Source of the DNA: Candidatus Omnitrophota bacterium
Lineage (GTDB): Bacteria; Omnitrophota; Gorgyraeia; Gygaellales; Profunditerraquicolaceae
Direction: 5' to 3'
DNA: 58,678 nucleotides
NCBI GenBank assembly: GCA_026387435.1
Contig: JAPLLS010000046.1
Span: 1 to 58,678, forward strand
Of this stretch, positions 20,249 to 29,539 are shown piece after piece (positions within the stretch are counted from its first letter, which is position 1; the number at the start of each line of letters is the position of its first letter). The notes under the pieces were generated by a model, which saw only the letters and a list, made by a program, of their open reading frames with translations, ran no database searches and was not told where the DNA came from. The translations under genes and the position numbers were made by a program.

Positions 20249-21043
20249 ATGGAAAAATTATTGGAAGTAAAAAACCTTAAAGTCGATTTTCAGCTGGATG
20301 ACCGGGTTATTCATGCCGTAGATGGCGTTGACCTTCGGTTGGATAAAAACGAGACCGTTGTTTTGGCCGGGGAGTCGGGTTCAGGCAAAACCATAACCGC
20401 GCTCGCGCTTACCCGGATTCTGCCCCGGAATGCCCGGATAGTTTCCGGAGAAGTGCTCCTGGAGGGGAAAAACATCCTTGATCTGGAGGAAAGACAGCTT
20501 TCTTTGATAAGAGGCGCTAGAATAGCGTACATTTTTCAGGAGCCCACCAGCTATTTAAACCCGGTTTATACTATCGGCGAACAGATAACTGAGGTAATAA
20601 TCCTGCACCAGGATAAGCTCAGAAAAGTTGCACAGGTGCAGGCTAAAAAACTGCTTGAGGCTGTTCAGATCGGCGAAGTGAACCGGGTTTTTTCCAGTTA
20701 TCCTCATCAGCTTTCCGGCGGAATGAACCAGCGGGTATTTATCGCCATGAGTTTGGCTTGTAAACCCGGCCTGCTTATCTGCGACGAACCCACGACTTCT
20801 TTGGATGTGACTATTGAAGCTCAGATATTGAAGTTGTTAATCCGGCTGAAGAAGGAAATGGGATTTTCTCTGTTGTTTATTACCCATAATTTGGCTATTG
20901 CCAATAAGATCGCCAGCAGGATCTATGTGATGTACCAAGGTAAAATAGTAGAAGAGGGGCTGACCGCCAAGATTTTTAATGATCCTCAGCATTTTCACAC
21001 CAAAGAGCTGATCACCGCTTATCAGAAGATAGGTAAACTATGA
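20249..21043 (+). CDS. Peptide ABC transporter ATPase (OppD-like)
   Basis: [25 protein letters not shown] motifs. Confidence 0.92.
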   Translation: MEKLLEVKNLKVDFQLDDRVIHAVDGVDLRLDKNETVVLAGESGSGKTITALALTRILPRNARIVSGEVLLEGKNILDLEERQLSLIRGARIAYIFQEPTSYLNPVYTIGEQITEVIILHQDKLRKVAQVQAKKLLEAVQIGEVNRVFSSYPHQLSGGMNQRVFIAMSLACKPGLLICDEPTTSLDVTIEAQILKLLIRLKKEMGFSLLFITHNLAIANKIASRIYVMYQGKIVEEGLTAKIFNDPQHFHTKELITAYQKIGKL

Positions 21044-21789
21044 TCCTGGAAGCCAGAGATATCAGTAAGGAATTCAAGATAGAGCAAGGGATGTTTAAGA
21101 GTGAAGCGGGAAGAACCCTGGCCCTGGATAAGGTAAGTTTTGTTCTGGATGAATTCACCACCCTGGGGGTCGTGGGGGAATCGGGTTCGGGTAAAACAAC
21201 TTTGGCCAAGATTTTATTGGGACTGGTTCCAGCAAGCTCCGGGGAAATTGTTTTTAATGATAAGTTCATCAAAGATTTCCGCAAAGACGTCCAGATAATC
21301 TTCCAGAATCCTTATAACAGCCTGGATCCGAAGATGCGCATCAAAGACGCCCTTTATGAGCCGCTTTTGATACACAACATCTTGCCGCGGCGATCATTCC
21401 GGCTCAAGGCGACAGAATTGCTTAACCGGGTTGGGCTGGATGAGAGCGCTTTGGAAAGATACCCCGTTCAGTTTTCCGGCGGCCAGCGCCAGAGGATCTG
21501 TATTGCCCGGGCCATTGCCTGTGAACCGAAGCTTCTGGTTCTGGATGAGCCGATCTCATCTTTGGACTTGACCATCCAGGCTAAACTGCTGGAGCTCTTT
21601 TTGGAACTCAAACGTGAATTCAATCTTACCTATATATTTATCAGCCATAACCTGTGCGTAATCAAATATATTGCCGACAAAGTTATGGTCATGCACCAGG
21701 GCCGGGTAATAGAAGAGGCCAGCTCGTCGGAGATCTTCGCCAGCCCCAGCCAGGAATACACCCGCGAGCTGCTGGAAGCGGCCAAGTAG
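21040..21789 (+). CDS. Peptide ABC transporter ATPase (OppF-like)
   Basis: [25 protein letters not shown] motifs. Confidence 0.92.
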   Translation: MILEARDISKEFKIEQGMFKSEAGRTLALDKVSFVLDEFTTLGVVGESGSGKTTLAKILLGLVPASSGEIVFNDKFIKDFRKDVQIIFQNPYNSLDPKMRIKDALYEPLLIHNILPRRSFRLKATELLNRVGLDESALERYPVQFSGGQRQRICIARAIACEPKLLVLDEPISSLDLTIQAKLLELFLELKREFNLTYIFISHNLCVIKYIADKVMVMHQGRVIEEASSSEIFASPSQEYTRELLEAAK

Positions 21790-21956
21790 CGTATCTCGTC
21801 CTCGGTAACATTCGATGAGTCGATGATCTTCCCCTCGCATGGCGTTTGCAAATTCCTACGGGAATTTGCTCACACGCTCGGGGTAAATTCGCACATATGA
21901 GTTAATGTCGCTTAGCGTATTTGGTAGCGGGCTCCATAACTCATGTGCTCATTTAA
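21787..21956 (-). repeat. Structured two-hairpin repeat, copy 4 (expanded variant)
   Basis: TAGCGTATCTCGTCCTCGGTAACATTCG start; GCAAATTCC/GGAATTTGC; GCAC..ATGAGTTA/TAACTCAT-GTGC-TC-ATTTAA. Confidence 0.85.
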
Positions 21957-21976
21957 TTTATTTTTTGAAAAAACAT

Positions 21977-22004
21977 TTGACAGGTTTACAAAGTATGTTA
22001 TACT
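21977..22004 (+). promoter_or_regulatory. Sigma70-type promoter for rplM-rpsI
   Basis: TTGACA-16-TATACT with extended TGn; only 9 nt before the ATG. Confidence 0.75.
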
Positions 22005-22013
22005 TTACTACCT

Positions 22014-22451
22014 ATGCAAAAAACATATTTACCTAAAGAAAACGAGATCGTAAGAAAATGGTTCCTGGTGGACGCCAATGGCCAGATTTTGGGCCGTTTG
22101 GCCAGCAGGATCGCCATGATTTTACGCGGCAAGCACAAAGCGATATTTACTCCTCATATGGATACAGGTGACGGAGTGATCGTGATCAATGCCTCCAAGA
22201 TCAAGGTGACCGGCAAGAAACTGACCGATAAGGTCTATGAGAGGTATTCCGGTTACCCGGGCGGCAAGAGGTCAGTCACACTGGAGAACATGCTGGCTAA
22301 GAAGCCGGAAATGGTGATCAAACTGGCGGTTAGCCGGATGCTCGCTAAAGGGGCTTTATCGGAAAAAGTGATCGGTAAATTAAAAGTGTATGCGGGTGAT
22401 GTTCATCCGCATGCTGGGCTTAAACCTGAAAAGATAGAATTGGTGAAATAA
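22014..22451 (+). CDS. rplM: 50S ribosomal protein L13
   Basis: WFLVDA...LGRLAS...RGKHK...TPHMDTGD. Confidence 0.98.
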   Translation: MQKTYLPKENEIVRKWFLVDANGQILGRLASRIAMILRGKHKAIFTPHMDTGDGVIVINASKIKVTGKKLTDKVYERYSGYPGGKRSVTLENMLAKKPEMVIKLAVSRMLAKGALSEKVIGKLKVYAGDVHPHAGLKPEKIELVK

Positions 22452-22453
22452 AT

Positions 22454-22852
22454 ATGGAAAACGCGGCAGTAAAGACTAATGCAGTGGGTAGACGTAAAGA
22501 AGCGATCGCCAGGGTAAATGTTTTACCTGGTAAAGGCGATCTGATCGTTAACGGCATGGAATGCGATAAATATTTTGTCAGAGAAACCGACAAGATCATC
22601 GTCAGACAGCCGTTGCGGGCTACCAACACCTTGACTAAATACGATATAGTCGCCATCACTAACGGCGGCGGTATTTCCGGCCAGGCCAACGCCCTGCGCC
22701 ACGCGATATCCAGAGCGATCTTGAGCCTGGAACCCGAGACCAAGGATATCCTGAGAAAAAGCGGATATCTCACGCGGGACCCCCGGATGAAGGAGCGCAA
22801 GAAATACGGACAAAAAGGAGCACGTAAGCGCTTCCAGTGGACCAAGAGGTAA
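22454..22852 (+). CDS. rpsI: 30S ribosomal protein S9
   Basis: GRRKEAIARV, GGGISGQ, LTRDPRMKERKK...QWTKR. Confidence 0.98.
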   Translation: MENAAVKTNAVGRRKEAIARVNVLPGKGDLIVNGMECDKYFVRETDKIIVRQPLRATNTLTKYDIVAITNGGGISGQANALRHAISRAILSLEPETKDILRKSGYLTRDPRMKERKKYGQKGARKRFQWTKR

Positions 22853-22882
22853 GGTAGACATCCAGGAATTTCGAAACTATGG

Positions 22883-22913
22883 AGCCCCGCAAGAAATCTT
22901 GCGGGGCTTTTTT
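22883..22913 (+). terminator. Intrinsic terminator after rpsI
   Basis: AGCCCCGCAAGA/TCTTGCGGGGCT stem followed by a T run. Confidence 0.9.
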
Positions 22914-22914
22914 G

Positions 22915-23050
22915 TTAAATGAGCGCATAAGTTGTGGAGCCAGCTACCAAATACGCTAAGCGACATCAACTTATCCGCGCGAATTTATCCCGAGGCTGTG
23001 AGCGGATTCCAGAGAATCCGCGAACGAATTGCCGAGGGAGCAATACGCTA
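22915..23050 (+). repeat. Structured two-hairpin repeat, copy 5 (inverted relative to the other copies)
   Basis: TTAAATGAGCGCATAAGTTGTGGAGCCAGCTACCAAATACGCTAAGCGAC... is the reverse complement of a copy-4-like element; stem GCGGATTC/GAATCCGC. Confidence 0.85.
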
Positions 23051-23111
23051 CCCGAGGAAGAACCGGTCGAAAGGCCCTTTTTCCCCCGTCGACTACCCGA
23101 CGAGAAAATAC

Positions 23112-23139
23112 TTGATAAAATTTATCTTAATTGTATAAT
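23112..23139 (+). promoter_or_regulatory. Sigma70-type promoter of the arg operon with overlapping palindrome
   Basis: TTGATA-16-TATAAT; GATAAA-A-TTTATC inverted repeat at 23114-23126. Confidence 0.65.
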
Positions 23140-23176
23140 ATTAATCTATCCTGTTAAATTCAAGGAGGCGCATAAG

Positions 23177-24193
23177 ATGGCCATAAATGCCAGCATCGTC
23201 GGAGCAACCGGGTACACCGGGCAGGAATTGATCGACATACTCTTAGATCATCCTAATGTCAGGCTGACGGGCTTGTATTCCACCACCGACGAGCCTAAGC
23301 CGATAGGCTTGCTAGTTCCCAGGTTCGTTAAGCGCACGGATCTGGTCTGCAAAAAATTCGACAGTGCCGAGGTCATCGCTAAATCCAACGTGGTCTTTTT
23401 GGCTTTGCCGCATACTCAGGCCATGGATGCGGTGCCGGCTTTGTTGAAGGCCGGGAAATTAATTATCGACTTAAGCGCGGATTACCGTTTCAAGGATTTG
23501 AAAGCCTACGAGAAAGCCTACAATCTTAAGCACAAAGATAAAGCCAATATCGCCAAAGCGGTATACGGCCTTCCCGAACTATACCGGGAGAAGATCAAAA
23601 ACGCCAAACTCGTCGCTAATCCCGGGTGTTATCCTACTTGCGCGATCCTGGCTTTGGCTCCGTTGGTGGCCACCGGCGCTATTGATCTTGATTATTTGAT
23701 CATTGACGCCAAGTCCGGGACAAGCGGCGCGGGAAAGAAAGCTGTCCAGGAATCGCTGTTCAGCGAAGTGGACGAGGATTTCCGGGCCTATAAGGTCAAT
23801 ACTCACCCGCATATGCCGGAGATCGAACAGGAACTGACCAAGCTGGCCGGCGAAAAAGTGGGAGTGACTTTTGTCCCGCATCTTTTGCCTTTAAAACGCG
23901 GGATCCTGGAAACTATATATTTAAGGACGGATAAAAAATTGACCTCGGAAAACGTGCTGCAGCTTTACCTTAAATTCTACAAAAACGAACCTTTTGTGCG
24001 GATCAAAGAAGAAAGTTTTCCTTCTATCAAAGACGTCGGCTTGACTAATTTCTGCGACATCGGGATCAAAGTTTTCGCCAAAGAGATCATTATCGTCGCA
24101 GCCATAGACAATCTTTTAAAAGGCGCTTCCGGCCAGGCGGTCCAGAATTTGAACATCATGATGGACTATCCTGAAACCGCGGGACTTTTATAA
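23177..24193 (+). CDS. argC: N-acetyl-gamma-glutamyl-phosphate reductase
   Basis: GATGYTG, DLSADYR, ANPGCYPT, DNLLKGASGQA; ATG 23177 follows AGGAGG. Confidence 0.96.
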   Translation: MAINASIVGATGYTGQELIDILLDHPNVRLTGLYSTTDEPKPIGLLVPRFVKRTDLVCKKFDSAEVIAKSNVVFLALPHTQAMDAVPALLKAGKLIIDLSADYRFKDLKAYEKAYNLKHKDKANIAKAVYGLPELYREKIKNAKLVANPGCYPTCAILALAPLVATGAIDLDYLIIDAKSGTSGAGKKAVQESLFSEVDEDFRAYKVNTHPHMPEIEQELTKLAGEKVGVTFVPHLLPLKRGILETIYLRTDKKLTSENVLQLYLKFYKNEPFVRIKEESFPSIKDVGLTNFCDIGIKVFAKEIIIVAAIDNLLKGASGQAVQNLNIMMDYPETAGLL

Positions 24194-24213
24194 GCCACAC
24201 TTCAAGGAGTTAG

Positions 24214-25350
24214 GTGAAAGTATTTTATAAGGCAGTATTACCAAAGGGCTTTAAAGCTTCGGCTGCAGCGTGCGGTTTAAAGAAATCCGGAAAGCTGGAT
24301 CTCGCGCTTTTCTATTCCATAATCCCCGCCCAGGCCAGCGCTATGTTCACCAGCAATAAGATGGCCGCCGCTCCGGTTAAAGTTTGCCGGGAACATCTTA
24401 AGAATACCAGGTTTTTTCAGGCGATCATCGCTAATTCCGGGAATGCCAATTGTTTTACCGGTCTTGCCGGAATGAAGGCCTGCCGCCGGAGTGTTGAGGT
24501 TCTGGCCAAGGAGCTGGTGGTGGAAAAAAAATCGATTCTAGTAGGTTCGACCGGAGTGATCGGGAAACCTCTGGATTTTATGAAGATCGAGAAAGCTATT
24601 CCGGCTCTGGTGAAGAATCTTTCTTCTAAAGGGATCAGCCTCGCCGAAAAAGCGATCATGACCACGGATAAATTCCCGAAGACCGTCACCGTAAAATTCA
24701 GGCTGGGATTGCAGGATATTACTGTTTGCGGAGTGGCTAAAGGAGCGGGAATGATCGCTCCGCACATGGCTACGATGTTCGCTTTTATTTTTACCGATGC
24801 GGCTATAGCCCGGCCGGCAATGAAGGAGGCTCTAAAAGAAGCGGTGGAGAATTCTTTTAATCGCGTAACCGTTGACGGCTGCATGAGCACTAACGACACG
24901 GTGATTCTCCTGGCTAACGGCTGCGCGGAAAATAAGCTCATTCAAAACAAATCCGACAAACTTAAGTTCGCGCAAGCTATAAACACGGTTTGTCGGGAAT
25001 TAGCCAAGATGATGGTTAAAGACGGCGAAGGCGCTTCCAAATTCATCGAAATTAAAGTCGAGCGGGCGGCTACTGTCGCCGAAGCTAAAAAGGCAGGGCT
25101 GGCTATCGCTAATTCAAATTTATTCAAAACCGCGATTTATGGCGAGAACCCGAATTTCGGCCGGATCGTAGCTGCTGTGGGTGCTTGCGGGATAAAAGTT
25201 AAAGAAGAAAACCTAAAAATAGATCTGGGCGATTTAAAGAAAAAAAACATCCTGGTCAGGGTATCTTTAGGCAGGGGGAAAGCCGGATGCATCGTTTATA
25301 CATCGGATTTGACTCCTGAATATATCAAGATCAACGCGGCTTATAATTAA
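24214..25350 (+). CDS. argJ: Ornithine acetyltransferase
   Basis: NSGNAN, STGVIG, MTTD, KGAGMIAPHMAT, DGEGA; GTG start after AGGAG. Confidence 0.95.
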   Translation: MKVFYKAVLPKGFKASAAACGLKKSGKLDLALFYSIIPAQASAMFTSNKMAAAPVKVCREHLKNTRFFQAIIANSGNANCFTGLAGMKACRRSVEVLAKELVVEKKSILVGSTGVIGKPLDFMKIEKAIPALVKNLSSKGISLAEKAIMTTDKFPKTVTVKFRLGLQDITVCGVAKGAGMIAPHMATMFAFIFTDAAIARPAMKEALKEAVENSFNRVTVDGCMSTNDTVILLANGCAENKLIQNKSDKLKFAQAINTVCRELAKMMVKDGEGASKFIEIKVERAATVAEAKKAGLAIANSNLFKTAIYGENPNFGRIVAAVGACGIKVKEENLKIDLGDLKKKNILVRVSLGRGKAGCIVYTSDLTPEYIKINAAYN

Positions 25351-25382
25351 GGCCGCCCCCCTGATTCTAACGAGGAAAAATT

Positions 25383-26190
25383 ATGGAAGAAGCTATTAAG
25401 AAAGCTGATGTGCTCATTGAGGCGCTGCCTTATATCCGTCAGTTCAAGAAAGATCCGCAAGTCGGTGCTTGAGGATATAGTTTTTCTAAATTTTATGGGT
25501 CTAAGACCGGTTCTGGTCCACGGCGGCGGACCGAATATCAGCGACCGCATGCGCGCAACGGGTAAAAAGACGGATTTTGTTGACGGTATGCGGGTTACGG
25601 ATGAAGAAACGCTTCTGGTTGTTGAGGAAGAATTGAGAAAGCTCAACCAGGTCATTGTCAGCGAAATAATCGCCTTGGGAGCCGCAGCTGTCGGTTTGAA
25701 CGGCAAGGACAAGAATCTTATCCAGGCGGAGAAAAAGAAAGCCAAGGTTGATCTCGGGTTAGTCGGGAATATTATCGGAATTAACGCTCAGGTCATGCTC
25801 GGTGAACTGGAAGCTTCCCGGATCTGCGTGGTTTTACCGATGGGCCGTGGCTCGGACAAGAAGACTTACAATGTCAATGCCGATGAGGCAGCTTCCAGCA
25901 TCGCCGCCAGCCTCAAGGCCGAGAAATTCGTTCTTTTAACCAACGTTAAAGGGATCATGCGTAACCCCGAAGACCCGCATTCTTTTATTTCCCATTTGAC
26001 CAGGGAAAAAGCCGAGGGGTTGATCCGGGATAAAGTCATCCAGACCGGGATGATCCCTAAGGTCAAGGCTTGTATCGACGCTTTGGACAAAGGGGTGAAG
26101 AAAACCCACATTGTCGACGCCTGCATTCCGCACGCGTTGCTTCTGGAGATTTTTACCGATAAAGGAATAGGGACGGAGATAGTTCTCTAA
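25383..26190 (+). pseudogene. argB: Acetylglutamate kinase with apparent N-terminal deletion/frameshift near 25449
   Basis: ATG 25383 gives MEEAIKKADVLIEALPYIRQFKK, then the frame shifts to KIRKSVLED...VHGGG...NVNAD...GMIPK; the VIKYGG segment is absent. Confidence 0.85.
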
Positions 26191-26209
26191 CCGAAGGAAA
26201 CTCAAAATC

Positions 26210-27391
26210 ATGAAAATGGAAGAAGTTTTTAAGTCGTATGAAGATTATGTGATCCCCAGTTACACGAAGCTTCCTTTGATATTTGTCAAAGGCAAGGGAT
26301 CTTATCTTTGGGACGTCCAGGGCAAGAAATACCTGGATTTTTTCCCGGGTTTTGGAGCGGGCAATCTCGGCCATTGCCATACCAAGGTTTTATCCGCGGT
26401 AAGGGACCAGATCGCTAAGCTCGTGTTTGTCCCGAATACTTATTACAATGTTCCCCAGGCGAAATTAGCCAAAGAGCTGAATTACTGGGCCAAAAATGAT
26501 TTTAAGGCTTTTTTCTGCAATTCCGGGGCTGAGGCCAATGAAGCGGCGATAAAACTTTCCCGGAAATTCGGCCAGGGCAGGTTTGAAATGATCACTTTTG
26601 AGAATTCTTTTCACGGCCGGACTATGGCGGCATTATCGGCTACGGGACAAACCAAATATCAGCAGGGATTCAGTCCGTTAGTAGAAGGTTTTAAGGTGGT
26701 AAAATTCAACGACCTAAATGCGGTCAAGTCAGGGATCACCGAGGATACCGTCGCGGTGATGCTGGAGTTGGTCCAGGGCGAGGGCGGGATCAATATCGCC
26801 AATAAAGATTTTATTCTTGACCTGCGCAAGCTTTGCAACGAGAAAAAACTGTTGTTGATCATCGATGAAGTGCAGACCGGTGTCGGCCGGACCGGAAAAA
26901 TGTTCGCCTGGCAGAATTACGGCATCGTGCCGGATATTTTCACTTTGGCTAAATCCCTGGCCGGCGGATTGCCTATCGGAGTAATGATGGCCCGTAAAGA
27001 CATTGCTGATCTGCTTACTCCCGGCACCCACGCTTCAACATTCGGAGGAGGCCCGGTTATCTCTAAGGCTGCTCTGGCGGTTTTGACCGCGGTGGCTGAC
27101 GAAAAGCTGCTCTCTAAAGCCAATAAGGCGGGAGAATATCTTTTGGCTGAATTGTCGAAACTACAGGAAAAATATCCTTTGATTAAAGACGTGCGGGGGT
27201 TGGGATTAATGTGCGGTTTGGAATTAGACCGGGAAGGCAGGCCTATAGTTGAAGCCTGCATTAAACTAGGTTTACTTATAAATTGCACTCATGGAAGTGT
27301 ATTGCGGATCATGCCGGCGCTTGGGGTAAGCAAGAAGGAGATCGATAAGGCCGTGACGATCCTGGATAAAGTGTTAAAAGAGGTGAAATGA
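26210..27391 (+). CDS. argD: Acetylornithine aminotransferase
   Basis: NSGAEANE, SFHGRT, DEVQTG, AKSLAGG, HASTFGG motifs. Confidence 0.94.
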   Translation: MKMEEVFKSYEDYVIPSYTKLPLIFVKGKGSYLWDVQGKKYLDFFPGFGAGNLGHCHTKVLSAVRDQIAKLVFVPNTYYNVPQAKLAKELNYWAKNDFKAFFCNSGAEANEAAIKLSRKFGQGRFEMITFENSFHGRTMAALSATGQTKYQQGFSPLVEGFKVVKFNDLNAVKSGITEDTVAVMLELVQGEGGINIANKDFILDLRKLCNEKKLLLIIDEVQTGVGRTGKMFAWQNYGIVPDIFTLAKSLAGGLPIGVMMARKDIADLLTPGTHASTFGGGPVISKAALAVLTAVADEKLLSKANKAGEYLLAELSKLQEKYPLIKDVRGLGLMCGLELDREGRPIVEACIKLGLLINCTHGSVLRIMPALGVSKKEIDKAVTILDKVLKEVK

Positions 27392-28320
27392 TGAAAAAAG
27401 ATCTGATATCGATCGGTTTAATGAGTTCTGATGAGATCAAGGGGATCCTTTCTTTATCTAAAGAAATCAAGAATAATCCCGGCAAGTTCTCCAATGTTCT
27501 TAAAGGCAAATCCCTGGCTCTGATTTTTGAGAAGCCTTCGAACCGCACCTATGTTTCGTTTGCGGTGGGGATGTATCAATTGGGAGGCAACGCCCTTTAT
27601 CTGGGGCCGGAACAGATCAAGCTGGGAGTCAGGGAAACTATCCATGATGTGGCCAAGACCTTGAGCCGCTATGTCGACGGGATAGTCCTGAGGACTTTCG
27701 GCCACGAGAAGCTGCTGGAAATGGCCAGATACGCCAGTGTTCCGGTTATCAACGGTTTGTCTGATTATTCTCATCCTTGCCAAGCTTTAGCCGATACTTT
27801 CACTATCCTGGAAAAGTTCGGTGATCTTAAGAACCGGACTATGGTTTATATTGGTGACGGGAATAATGTTTGTAATTCTCTGCTTTTGATCTCGGCCAAG
27901 CTGGGGATCAATTTCAATGTCGCTACCCCCAGAGGTTACGAGCCGGACTATCTGCTTTTTAAGAATACCGTTGCCGCTGCCGCACGAAGAGGAGTTAAGA
28001 TCAGTCTTTCGCGCGATCCTGAATCCGCGGCCAAGGGAGCGGACGTGATTTACACCGATGTCTGGGCTTCGATGGGCCATGAAGATGAGGCTGCCAAGCG
28101 TAAAAGAGATTTTAAGAAATTTCAAGTGACGGGAAAGCTGGTTTCCCTGGCGAAGAAAAACTGCCTGGTGATGCATTGTCTTCCGGCGCACCGGGGGGAA
28201 GAGATATCCGATGATGCCATCGACGGCAAGCATTCCGTGGTTTTTGACCAGGCCGAGAACCGGCTGCATGTGCAAAAAGCGATACTTGTTAAATTATTAA
28301 AACACGGAGTTAAATCATGA
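27388..28320 (+). CDS. argF: Ornithine carbamoyltransferase
   Basis: FEKPSNRT, HPCQ, DVWASMG, HCLP motifs. Confidence 0.95.
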   Translation: MMKKDLISIGLMSSDEIKGILSLSKEIKNNPGKFSNVLKGKSLALIFEKPSNRTYVSFAVGMYQLGGNALYLGPEQIKLGVRETIHDVAKTLSRYVDGIVLRTFGHEKLLEMARYASVPVINGLSDYSHPCQALADTFTILEKFGDLKNRTMVYIGDGNNVCNSLLLISAKLGINFNVATPRGYEPDYLLFKNTVAAAARRGVKISLSRDPESAAKGADVIYTDVWASMGHEDEAAKRKRDFKKFQVTGKLVSLAKKNCLVMHCLPAHRGEEISDDAIDGKHSVVFDQAENRLHVQKAILVKLLKHGVKS

Positions 28321-29486
28321 AGAAGATCGTACTGGCATATTCCGGCGGGTTAGATACTTCCTGCGCCATCAAATGGCTTAAGGATAAAGGTTTTGAAGTG
28401 GTCTGTTTTATCGCTGACCTTGGTCAGGACGAAGATTTCCAGAAGATCGAAGAGCGCGCTTTGGCCGGCGGTGCTTCTAAAGTCTATGTTAAGGATCTCA
28501 AGGACGAATTTATCAAAGATTTCATTATTCCTGCGATAAAGGCTAATGCTGTTTACGAAGGGAAGTATCTTCTGGCTACCGCTTTGGGCCGCCCCTTGAT
28601 CGCCAAATACCTGGTGGAAGTCGCGCATAAGGAAAAAGCCGAATACGTCGGCCATGGCTGCACCGGCAAAGGCAATGACCAGGTCCGCCTGGAAGTGACT
28701 ACGGGCATTCTCGACCCGAAGTTAAAGATTATTGCCCCTTTGCGGGAATGGGAATTCAAGTCCCGCGAGGAAGAAATCGATTATGCGCTCAAGCACAATA
28801 TACCCATAGACGTGACCAAGAAAAAAGTTTACAGCCTGGACCGCAATCTTTGGGGCATCAGTATTGAGGCGGGGATCCTGGAAAACCTGGATCAGGAGCC
28901 TCCGGAAGACGCCTATATCATGACTAAAAGCCCTAACTCAGCCTCGACCTACCCTAAATATGTGGAGATCTCGTTCGAGAAAGGCGTGCCCAAGAAAGTA
29001 GACGGGAAAGCTTACGGTTTAAAGGAAATGATCTTTATGCTCAACGAAATCGGCGGCGCTTACGGGGTAGGCCGGTCGGATATGGTCGAGAACAGGTTGG
29101 TAGGGATCAAGTCCCGCGAGATCTACGAAGCACCGGCGGGAACCATACTTTATACCGCGCACAGGGAGTTGGAGTGTTTGGTTTTGGACCGGGAGCTGGC
29201 CCATTTCAAGGAGATCATCTCCCTGAAATACGCGGAGCTTATTTATTACGGATTGTGGTATTCGCAATTGAAGGAAGCGCTGGATGGGTTTATCAATTCC
29301 ACCCAGGAGCACGTCAGCGGTACTATCAGGCTGAAATTGTTTAAAGGCGCTTGCGTGGCTGTCGGACGGCAATCCCCGCAGTCGCTTTACAAAAAAGAGT
29401 TGGCTACTTACGGCAAGGAAGATAAGTTCGACCAGAAACTGGCTGAGGGGTTTATTAAGATATGGGGAATGCCATATAAGCGATAA
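28317..29486 (+). CDS. argG: Argininosuccinate synthase
   Basis: AYSGGLDTS, GCTGKGNDQVR, ENRLVGIKSREIYE motifs. Confidence 0.97.
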   Translation: MKKIVLAYSGGLDTSCAIKWLKDKGFEVVCFIADLGQDEDFQKIEERALAGGASKVYVKDLKDEFIKDFIIPAIKANAVYEGKYLLATALGRPLIAKYLVEVAHKEKAEYVGHGCTGKGNDQVRLEVTTGILDPKLKIIAPLREWEFKSREEEIDYALKHNIPIDVTKKKVYSLDRNLWGISIEAGILENLDQEPPEDAYIMTKSPNSASTYPKYVEISFEKGVPKKVDGKAYGLKEMIFMLNEIGGAYGVGRSDMVENRLVGIKSREIYEAPAGTILYTAHRELECLVLDRELAHFKEIISLKYAELIYYGLWYSQLKEALDGFINSTQEHVSGTIRLKLFKGACVAVGRQSPQSLYKKELATYGKEDKFDQKLAEGFIKIWGMPYKR

Positions 29487-29490
29487 CAGA

Positions 29491-29515
29491 GTCACACGTC
29501 ACATGTCACAAGTGA
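29491..29515 (+). repeat. Heptamer tandem repeat (GTCACAN)x3 + GTGA, intergenic
   Basis: gtcacac gtcacat gtcacaa gtga; same unit as in pdxA. Confidence 0.7.
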
Positions 29516-29539
29516 TACTTATTTAAAAAAGAGGAAGCT

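Noticed and set aside
21787-23110. Structured intergenic regions as riboswitches, T-boxes or ribosomal leaders
   Set aside because: Most copies lie upstream of the predicted promoters, occur in both orientations and precede unrelated genes; no T-box or known aptamer consensus was recognised.
22934-23176. 81-aa N-terminal extension of ArgC in the ORF track
   Set aside because: It is read-through of repeat copy 5 and the promoter; RBS and homology support ATG 23177.
25408-25450. Programmed frameshift or alternative start for argB
   Set aside because: Essential residues are missing in every frame, so recoding could not restore the protein.
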